49,195 bases of DNA. Source: an uncultured bacterium (lineage in GTDB: Bacteria; Krumholzibacteriota; Krumholzibacteriia; Krumholzibacteriales; Krumholzibacteriaceae). The notes beneath the pieces were generated by a model. That model was not told the DNA's origin. It did no database searches and worked only from the letters and a program-made list of their open reading frames with translations. Location: contig CBDUYR010000021.1 in assembly GCA_965371515.1 (NCBI GenBank), forward strand, positions 1 through 49,195. The letters run 5' to 3'. Positions within the stretch are counted from its first letter, which is position 1. Each line of letters starts with the position of its first letter. The translations under genes and the position numbers were made by a program. Of this stretch, positions 37,929-45,307 are shown one piece after another.

Positions 37929-38879
37929 ATGAAAAGTAACAGATTACGACTACTGATGTTCCCTGTCATCGTCTTCACCGCTGCGGCGATTTGCGTCCCC
38001 GCGCGGGCGGACGGGACCAAGGCTGAGCCCGACAGCGGCATGGTGCTCGAGGGAGGCAAGGAAGGGACCGCATTCAAGAGGATGACGATCGAGGGCGAGG
38101 ACCGTTTCAGGATCGACTTCGAACGTCCCTCGCTGAGGATCGACCTCGATCCCTCCAAGGCCCCCGGCCTCGACTGGGACAACACCTGGGAAATTCTCGC
38201 TGAAGGCACGATCGACCTTCAGGCTCCACTTCTCATGATTTCCGCCGCGGAATCATCGCCCTATCTCCCGCGCCCGTGGTTCAATGAATACGCCAGCGGG
38301 GACATCGTGCAGTTCCGTCCCTCTCTGACCGACGTGGATCACTGGCGGTTGACGATCGCCGATTCGCGAAGCGGAGAGGTCAGGGCATTCGAGGGCAAGG
38401 GAAATCCCCCGAAGAAGATCGGGTGGGACGGCCTCTCGCAGGCCGGCACGCCGATGCCGCCCGGATATACCTATTCGTACATGGTCGAGGCGTGGGACCG
38501 TGCGGGGAACAAACGAAACTTCGTGGGAAAGGGCTTCGGCCTGCCGGCCTACCGCGTCGAGACCAATGAGGGGATTGTATTCCTCTTTCCCGGCAGTGAT
38601 CTCGGAGGCCGCGCTTCCTCCCGGGGGCCGGCGAAAAGAACGCACCCTCCCGCAATTCTCGAAGCGGCGAGCAGGATCAATCAGGATAACGACTGCCGCA
38701 GGACTATCCGTATACTGGCGACCGCGAGGACCTACGACCAGGCGGGAAGTATGGCCGAGTCCGTCGCTAACTCGCTCGGCGACCTGATTCTGGGTGACAC
38801 GGCGCGGATACAGCACATAGCCGATGTGCAGCCCGATGCCCCCGAGGCGGGTACGGTCGCTATCGTCCTCGATCGCTAA
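37929..38879 (+). CDS. Exported protein with FlgD-like Ig domain and possible degenerate OmpA-like C-terminus
   Basis: Signal peptide; WRLTIAD...FEGKGNPP..IGWDG...YSYMVEAWDRAGN resembles the C-terminal domain of 30883-32163. Confidence 0.65.
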   Translation: MKSNRLRLLMFPVIVFTAAAICVPARADGTKAEPDSGMVLEGGKEGTAFKRMTIEGEDRFRIDFERPSLRIDLDPSKAPGLDWDNTWEILAEGTIDLQAPLLMISAAESSPYLPRPWFNEYASGDIVQFRPSLTDVDHWRLTIADSRSGEVRAFEGKGNPPKKIGWDGLSQAGTPMPPGYTYSYMVEAWDRAGNKRNFVGKGFGLPAYRVETNEGIVFLFPGSDLGGRASSRGPAKRTHPPAILEAASRINQDNDCRRTIRILATARTYDQAGSMAESVANSLGDLILGDTARIQHIADVQPDAPEAGTVAIVLDR

Positions 38880-38929
38880 GAGCAAAACTGTGAGTCTGGA
38901 GTCGATTCCGGCTTCGGTCCACAATTCCC

Positions 38930-39067
38930 GAAACAGGAGAAGGCCGGGTTCCCTTTTTACAGGTACCCGGCCTCCTCAGGACAACCCCGCTGCTCACCTC
39001 TTCCGCTTTCTTCAGCAAAAGCTTCTTCGCAACTCGGTTTTCCCTCCGGTTCGCGAATTGCTGGCGA
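38930..39067 (-). ncRNA. Candidate sigma54-dependent small RNA (~140 nt)
   Basis: Lies between the -24/-12 promoter at 39078-39093 and the 38935-38976 hairpin; no credible ORF. Confidence 0.5.
38935..38976. terminator. GC-rich hairpin between the operon end and the convergent candidate sRNA
   Basis: AGAAGGCCGGG...CCCGGCCTCCT stem; only a weak U-tract on the minus strand. Confidence 0.55.
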
Positions 39068-39077
39068 GGTATATATA

Positions 39078-39216
39078 TGCATCTGTTGTACCAGAATAAT
39101 AACGATTTTTAAAACACCTTAACTCGTATGATTATAGCAAGTTAGTGTTTAACGGCGCCTGCAGGAGAGGCAAATCAGTGCGCAATTACTGCATACCAAT
39201 GCGCACATATTGCGCG
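39078..39216 (-). promoter_or_regulatory. sigma54 promoter with tandem enhancer sites
   Basis: TGGTACAACAGATGCA (GG-N10-GC); AT-rich TAACT...AGTTA at 39120-39144; TGCGCA-N5-TGCATA (39179) and TGCGCA-N5-TGCGCG (39200), 21 bp apart. Confidence 0.75.
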
Positions 39217-39242
39217 GTTGGCCGTGTCGAGGCGGGTTGGAA

Positions 39243-40622
39243 TCAGCTCGAAATACCGTAATCGGCCATGCCGTACGACTTGAGTTTATTCTGCAGGGTG
39301 CGCCTGCCGATGCCGAGGGCATCGGCGGCCTTCGTGCGGTTGCCGTCGAATTTATCGAGCGCCGCGATGATCGCCTGCTTCTCTATCTCCCGCATCGGGC
39401 GAACCTGGAACTCCGGCTTTCCGGTCGCGGACTGCCGGAGAAGCGCTTTAACGTCATCTGCCGATATTGTAGTCCCGGACATCGTGATCGCGAGCCGCTC
39501 CACGAAGTTCTTCAGCTCGCGCAGGTTCCCCGGCCACGGGTAATCGATCAGGACGGCGACGGCATCATCGTCGATCTCGGCGAATCTCCCGAGGCTGCCA
39601 CTGGAACCGATCCGCAGGAAGTGCCTCGCCAGCTCGGGGATATCCTCCCTCCTGTTGCGCAGCGGCGGCAGTGTGATCGGAAACACGTTGAGGCGATAGT
39701 AAAGGTCCTCCCTGAACCTGTCCTCCTCCATCAGCTTCTCGAGGTGCTGGTGCGTGGAGGCTATTATCCTCGCACGGCTGTACTGAACCGTTTTCCCTCC
39801 CACCTTCTTGAACGATCCGTCCTCGAGCACGCGCAGGATCTTGGCCTGAAGGTCGTGATTCAGATCGCCTATCTCGTCCAGGAGCAGGGTGCCGTTGCCC
39901 GCCGTCTCGAAGACCCCCGCATGGTCAGAGATCGCGTTGGTAAAGGAACCCTTGACGTGACCGAACATCTCGCTCTCCATCAGCTCCCGCGGTATCGCCG
40001 CGCAGTTCGCCACGACAAAGGGCCTCTTCCTCCTCGACGAGAGCCGGCGGATCGCACGTGCGATCACTTCCTTACCCGTGCCCGTCTCTCCTCGAAGAAG
40101 CACCGTCGTATCGGAATCTGCCACGCTGCGGACGAGTTCCATGGCCCTTCGAAGGCCTCTCCTCTCGCCGATTATCGCGGTGAAGGGCTCGTCGGCGGCG
40201 CGCCTCAGGTAATCGACCTCCTTGCGCAGCTGAAAACTCTCGATGGCCCTCTCGACGAGGACCCCGAGGCGCTTGAAGTCGAGCGGTTTCGTGATGAACT
40301 CGTAGGCGCCTTCCTTTATGGCCTCTACGGCCATATCGATCGTGCCGTGTGCGGTCATGATGATCACGGGCACTGACGGGAATCGGTCCCGGATCTGCTT
40401 GAGTCCCTCCAGCCCGCTCTGGTCGGGCAGAAAGATATCGAGCAGGGCGAGCTGGCAGCTTTCCCGGTCGAGCACTTCCAGGGCCTCCGCGAGGCTGGAG
40501 GCCTGGCTGACCCTGTACCCCCCGTCGACGAGACGGTCGGACAGAATTATCCGAAGGTTCTCGTCGTCCTCGACGACAAGTATCCGTGCCGCGCCGTTAC
40601 GTCCATTTTCAGGCTGGTTCAT
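39243..40622 (-). CDS. sigma54-dependent response regulator (NtrC family)
   Basis: ILVVEDD / LLDIFLP receiver, GETGTGKE, ESEMFGHVKGSFTNA, LLDEIG, FREDLYYRL, WPGNLREL, Fis-type HTH. Confidence 0.93.
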   Translation of the reverse strand: MNQPENGRNGAARILVVEDDENLRIILSDRLVDGGYRVSQASSLAEALEVLDRESCQLALLDIFLPDQSGLEGLKQIRDRFPSVPVIIMTAHGTIDMAVEAIKEGAYEFITKPLDFKRLGVLVERAIESFQLRKEVDYLRRAADEPFTAIIGERRGLRRAMELVRSVADSDTTVLLRGETGTGKEVIARAIRRLSSRRKRPFVVANCAAIPRELMESEMFGHVKGSFTNAISDHAGVFETAGNGTLLLDEIGDLNHDLQAKILRVLEDGSFKKVGGKTVQYSRARIIASTHQHLEKLMEEDRFREDLYYRLNVFPITLPPLRNRREDIPELARHFLRIGSSGSLGRFAEIDDDAVAVLIDYPWPGNLRELKNFVERLAITMSGTTISADDVKALLRQSATGKPEFQVRPMREIEKQAIIAALDKFDGNRTKAADALGIGRRTLQNKLKSYGMADYGISS

Positions 40623-40667
40623 AATCGAAGTCCCGTTTAAATTCCGTGGATTCAGTGTATTATTTAT

Positions 40668-40805
40668 TGCACATAACATACCACCGGCCGGCCGCCGGCT
40701 CCGAGGAGTTTACTCGTTATATATAAGCATGTTACGATTTCAATCACCTCTCCAGTGAAAGAGATCCATGCAATCGCCGCCTAAAAATTGCGCAGTTTCT
40801 GCGCA
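40668..40805 (-). promoter_or_regulatory. sigma54 promoter and enhancer site of the response regulator gene
   Basis: TGGTATGTTATGTGCA (40683-40668, GG-N10-GC); perfect TGCGCA-GTTTC-TGCGCA at 40789-40805. Confidence 0.72.
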
Positions 40806-40891
40806 GCGATTATGCCTCCCATCCACTATGGAAGTACACTGTTTTTTAGGATTGAATGCGGTCGACGGAATTATCGCCGCCGGTCCATGAT

Positions 40892-43800
40892 TCAGAGGGG
40901 CAGCGTGAAGGTGATGACCGCGCCTCCTGCCGGAGAGTTCATCAACGTTACCGAGCCGCCGTGGAGCTCGACGAGCTGCTTGACGATCGCCAGCCCCAGT
41001 CCGGCCCCGCGCTTCCCCTTCGATCCCGCGGGACGTGAATAGAACGGCTCGAACAGCCTGGACGCATCCTCCTCCGATATCCCCGGCCCCTGGTCGAGGA
41101 CCGAGATCCGCAGCATCCGGCGACCATCCGTCTCGTCGACCGGAATATCCTCGATCCTCATCTCGATCATCCCTCCTTCGGGAGAGTGCTGCACGGCGTT
41201 CGATACGATGTTGTTGACTATCTGCCAGACTCTCGTCCTGTCCACCTGGACGACAGTCCCCTGGGCAGTGACAGTCAGCCGGCTCGTCAGCCCTTCCCTC
41301 TCGAGGAGAGGCTGAATGGAGCGCAGCAGATCCTCCGCCTCCCGCCGGATATCGAGCGGCTCGATATCGAGGACCAGGCGGCCGCTCTCGATCCTCGAGA
41401 GATCGAGCAGGTCGGTGATCATTCCCTGCAGGTTGCCGCTGCTCTTCAAGATCATTTCGAGGTAGGTCCGCTGGCGGTCGGTGACCGGGCCGGCGACCTC
41501 CTCGAGGATGTTCTCGGCGGCTCCTCTTATCGACGAAAGCGGCGTCTTCAGGTCGTGGCTGACCATCGATATGAAATGGCTCTTGAGCTCGCTTACTTCC
41601 TCGACCTTCTGCTTCTCCGCGAGTTCCCTGATCGTTTCTCTCAGGCTGTCCGCCATACTGTCGAACGAACGCGCGGCCAGACCGATCTCCGACCTGCCCG
41701 TATCCTCGAGACGGTAATCGAGATCGCCCTCGCCCACCCTTCTGAGCCCGGTCAGCAGACGGGTCAGGGGACGGGCAGTCCGTCTGAAGGTCGTGTATGC
41801 CCCCCAGAACGAAAGCCCCAGCGGTAGAAGGATCAGAAGGATGACCGGCATGAGGACCCGCGGCATATCGCCGCCGGCCGGGACGTAGAAGTTTGCCCTG
41901 TAGACTACCCAGCGCGTCGTCCCGGAGTTCCAGTCCCGCGCCTGCAGCACCAGCTCGCTGTTGTAGGGAATATACCATCCCTCGGGCCGGCTTCTGTCGG
42001 TAGTCGACTCGAGCCACGCGGGCTCCAGATGGACACGTGGAAGAAAGTCAAGGACCCGGAGGCACTCTTCCAGATTTCTGAGGATCTTGTCGTCGATGGG
42101 AATATGACTCACCAGCTGGGCCTCGATATTACTGCTGCGAAGCGTTCGCATGGCGCGGATGACCACCGTACCGTTGTCCAGAAAGAGACCCTTGATATTA
42201 TCCCCGCCCGTCCAGGACGGCCTCGTGTAGTAAAGCTTCCCCGTTCGCGGAGCGCGATAGGAATACCCGGTGAAATACCGGCCGGGATCCTCCCTGTCCC
42301 TGGCCCACAGCGTTATGTATGCCGTCGGCAGGTCGTAGGTGAACAGCAATTCCGATTCGGCCACAAAGTTCAGCCAGCTCGTCTCCGTGGTCTGATCGAG
42401 CAGTTCGCCCGCTCTATTGTCGAGCCCGGCGACGAAATTCGCGTTCCCCATGTATGAAAGGACCATGTTATCGGCCCTTGTCTCCAGTTCGCTCATCGTT
42501 TCCTCGATGATGTTCCGCTGAACACCCAGAAAGAGACTCGCGCCGACGATTATTATCACCGACAGCGGAATGAGGCTGACGACAAGATATGAACCCAGCA
42601 GTGCGAAGTTCAGTCTCCTGCTCCTTCGTGAGGTGAGGATGCGATGCAGCGCCACCACCACTCCTGTAAAGCCCACCATGTGCAGAAGGACTTCGAGCGT
42701 GCGGCCGGCTGCCGGAACCGGGCCGGTATTCAGCCGCCCCTGGTGAAGGATAACGGTTCCGGTCACGTAGAGCACACCGAAGGTCACGATCCACCACCAG
42801 CTCAATCTTGCCTTCGCTTTATCCCTCTGCCTGCCCGCGAACAGCAGATATATGAATGGCAGAAGAAGAACGGTCGCAAGATCCATCCACTGCGAGCTGG
42901 GCCTTTCGAAATCCTCCATGGTCAGAAGGATCGACAGTTTCGGGCCGCCGGAAGGATACGCCATCTTGAACTCCCGGGCAGGCTGCACGATGCCGAGCCA
43001 CGGACTGATGCTCCGGTAGGGCCTGACGCTGGCCCCACCCCAGGCCAGTGTCCTTCCATCGACCTGGATATGGGCCGACAGACCTGTAGCATCCGCGATT
43101 TCGTTGGGAACCCTGTTCAGAAGGCTCGAGAGCAGGAAGAAACGAAGCGTATCCTGTCCTGCTACAACACCTGATGAGCTTTCCCCCGCATATACGGGCG
43201 TATTTCCCACCAGGATCAGATCCGGCACGCCTGTTCCTGAGAGGCCCAGCTCCGAGAGATGCGTCCATCCCCTGGCCAGCCCCACTCCCTGTATGACATT
43301 GCCGGACAGATCGGCGAGCAGCAGGCCGGTAAAACTGTATTCGAGCCGGTTATGATCGGCCAGCCGCTCGAGACAGCGGAGCGCCTTCATGGGATCCTTC
43401 AGGCTGCCGGCACGGCATGAATCCAGGCCGGCTGCCAGCTCGTCCGCCATCGACAGGACCTTCGCGTGCTCTTCTGCCAGGACGCTCTGGACGGTAACTT
43501 CCGCTTCCGCCAGACGATCCTTCGCTGCCGCGTACCTTCGCAGATCGCCCGTGAAAAAAATCGCCCGTATGACTATGATCAGAAGTATTAAGAGCAGAGT
43601 CCCTTTCAGCCACCGCTTCGGAGAATCGGAATATCCCGGTAACTCCGTCCTGAGGATGTGCACCAGAAGCAGCAGCAGGATTATGATCGCGATCAGAATT
43701 GCGTAGTAGACCGGAGGCCATTCCGAGAATACGCGCGAATCCGGTCGCCGGCCGGCGCCGTCGATCTTCCACGGACGGCCGGGATCGAGATGATAAGCGA

Positions 43801-45178
43801 ACACCGTCTCCCCGAACTGCCCGACAACGAGTTCCTTCATGCCCTCACCGTCGAGCTGCGCGAGTGCCAGCCCCTGCACTATGAAATCTTCGAGAACGAC
43901 CGGCCATCCGGGAACGGGCGTTCCGTCGAGCTCGAAGCAATAGAGGTGAAGATCGTAGCATCCCAGTATCACCTCCTGCTCGCCGTCTCCATCCACGTCG
44001 GACATGATCGGCGGGCCGTACACCATATGATTTTCCTGCTTTTCAGGGATGCCGTATATGAACCCGTCCAGACGCACCGGCCATCCCGGCAGCAGATTTC
44101 CTTCCAGATCCCAGATATATACGTAGCCATCGTGGGTAGACGTCAGCACGAGATCGGCCTTCCGTTCCGGCTCTCCCCGGGATGAAAGAAACCAGGGCGC
44201 CGTGAAAATCCTGCTGTCACGGTTCACAGGCGAAAACGATCTGACACTGTCGCCTTTCAGATCGAGAAGGAACACCTCGTTTATCGTCGTGCACGCGATG
44301 TACCGTGGATTCGCTCTGTCGTCTACCGCAAGACCGAAGCCGCGATGATCTCCCATCGCGACGGGAAATCCCGGATATTCCATCCCGTCAATATGCCAGG
44401 CGTAGAGAAATGCCGGCCATGAAGTGAGGTGGAGTATCTCCTGCGACCCGTCCCCGTCGAGATCGACCGCCCATGTCGACCGATAGTCAAAACTACCTGC
44501 CGAAGTCCTGTGCGGAAGCGTTTTCGGCCATCCTTTACGGCTCACTCCCCTCGGGGAAAGGAGGTGAACGATGCCGGGCTCGACGGAAACGAGTACAGAT
44601 GCGTCACTCGACGAACCGGAGCGGACGAGTATCGGTGCGGAAACCGCTGTGCCCTCCAGGTCCAGGGGCCAGCCGCTCACGATGCTTCCATCCTCATGCC
44701 ACATATGCAGGAAGCCGTCGATGCTTCCCGCGGCTATCTCGTATTCGCCGTCGCCGTCGATATCCTCCAGCATCGGGCCCCGGGCTATCCAGGAGGCAGT
44801 CTCACGGGGCCAGCCGGGCAGGTTCTTCCCGTCCCCGTCGAGCAGGAACACGCGGCAGTCCTTTACGCCGACGGCGATCTCGTCCCTGCCGTCGCCGTCG
44901 ATGTCGGCCACGGCGGGAGTGTACCTGATGGAGTTGTCGAGGATGACGGGCCAGTTCCTCACCGGGCGCGGACCGGCGGGAAGGATCCTCCGTATCGTGT
45001 CGGGGGAATCGTTTGCCTTCACCGCCGTTGGTGACAGCGAGAACGGCAGGAGGACGGCAAGCGCCATTATAAGTGCGGACAGCCCTGAAGTGAAAGGCCG
45101 CCGTCGGACGGCGGCGCTATCGGCCTTATGACGGGATGTGGAATGCATCCCCTGTATTCTAGCATTTTCAGCGGGCAC
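40892..45178 (-). CDS. Giant sensor histidine kinase with N-terminal FG-GAP/VCBS-like propeller, several TM and extracytoplasmic segments, HAMP, HisKA, HATPase; start uncertain
   Basis: DIDGDG..EI and PGWP repeats; HAMP PLTRLLTGLRRVGEGDL..EIG; SHDLKTPL; NIVSNA, DQGPGI, GAGLGL. Confidence 0.88.
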   Translation of the reverse strand: MPAENARIQGMHSTSRHKADSAAVRRRPFTSGLSALIMALAVLLPFSLSPTAVKANDSPDTIRRILPAGPRPVRNWPVILDNSIRYTPAVADIDGDGRDEIAVGVKDCRVFLLDGDGKNLPGWPRETASWIARGPMLEDIDGDGEYEIAAGSIDGFLHMWHEDGSIVSGWPLDLEGTAVSAPILVRSGSSSDASVLVSVEPGIVHLLSPRGVSRKGWPKTLPHRTSAGSFDYRSTWAVDLDGDGSQEILHLTSWPAFLYAWHIDGMEYPGFPVAMGDHRGFGLAVDDRANPRYIACTTINEVFLLDLKGDSVRSFSPVNRDSRIFTAPWFLSSRGEPERKADLVLTSTHDGYVYIWDLEGNLLPGWPVRLDGFIYGIPEKQENHMVYGPPIMSDVDGDGEQEVILGCYDLHLYCFELDGTPVPGWPVVLEDFIVQGLALAQLDGEGMKELVVGQFGETVFAYHLDPGRPWKIDGAGRRPDSRVFSEWPPVYYAILIAIIILLLLLVHILRTELPGYSDSPKRWLKGTLLLILLIIVIRAIFFTGDLRRYAAAKDRLAEAEVTVQSVLAEEHAKVLSMADELAAGLDSCRAGSLKDPMKALRCLERLADHNRLEYSFTGLLLADLSGNVIQGVGLARGWTHLSELGLSGTGVPDLILVGNTPVYAGESSSGVVAGQDTLRFFLLSSLLNRVPNEIADATGLSAHIQVDGRTLAWGGASVRPYRSISPWLGIVQPAREFKMAYPSGGPKLSILLTMEDFERPSSQWMDLATVLLLPFIYLLFAGRQRDKAKARLSWWWIVTFGVLYVTGTVILHQGRLNTGPVPAAGRTLEVLLHMVGFTGVVVALHRILTSRRSRRLNFALLGSYLVVSLIPLSVIIIVGASLFLGVQRNIIEETMSELETRADNMVLSYMGNANFVAGLDNRAGELLDQTTETSWLNFVAESELLFTYDLPTAYITLWARDREDPGRYFTGYSYRAPRTGKLYYTRPSWTGGDNIKGLFLDNGTVVIRAMRTLRSSNIEAQLVSHIPIDDKILRNLEECLRVLDFLPRVHLEPAWLESTTDRSRPEGWYIPYNSELVLQARDWNSGTTRWVVYRANFYVPAGGDMPRVLMPVILLILLPLGLSFWGAYTTFRRTARPLTRLLTGLRRVGEGDLDYRLEDTGRSEIGLAARSFDSMADSLRETIRELAEKQKVEEVSELKSHFISMVSHDLKTPLSSIRGAAENILEEVAGPVTDRQRTYLEMILKSSGNLQGMITDLLDLSRIESGRLVLDIEPLDIRREAEDLLRSIQPLLEREGLTSRLTVTAQGTVVQVDRTRVWQIVNNIVSNAVQHSPEGGMIEMRIEDIPVDETDGRRMLRISVLDQGPGISEEDASRLFEPFYSRPAGSKGKRGAGLGLAIVKQLVELHGGSVTLMNSPAGGAVITFTLPL

Positions 45179-45307
45179 GCCTGGAATGTTTCTTTATCGT
45201 CACGAGATGTCACAGATTTGGTTTATGTGTTCAGGGGTCGCGTGATATACTACTCTCGTTTTCACAAGGGTATGAACCTTGTTCCACAATTCAAAGGAGG
45301 CCGCACG

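Noticed and set aside
37929..38130. Resemblance of TIEGE..P to myxobacterial GltF/CglF
   Set aside because: Too short to judge by eye; needs a profile search.
39022..39050. GGAGG followed by TTG (MRRSFC) in the candidate sRNA
   Set aside because: Six codons with a weak start; cannot be supported as a CDS without ribosome profiling.
40740..42017. 425-aa alternative-frame ORF inside the kinase
   Set aside because: Arg/Gly/Pro-rich off-frame translation with no domain signal.
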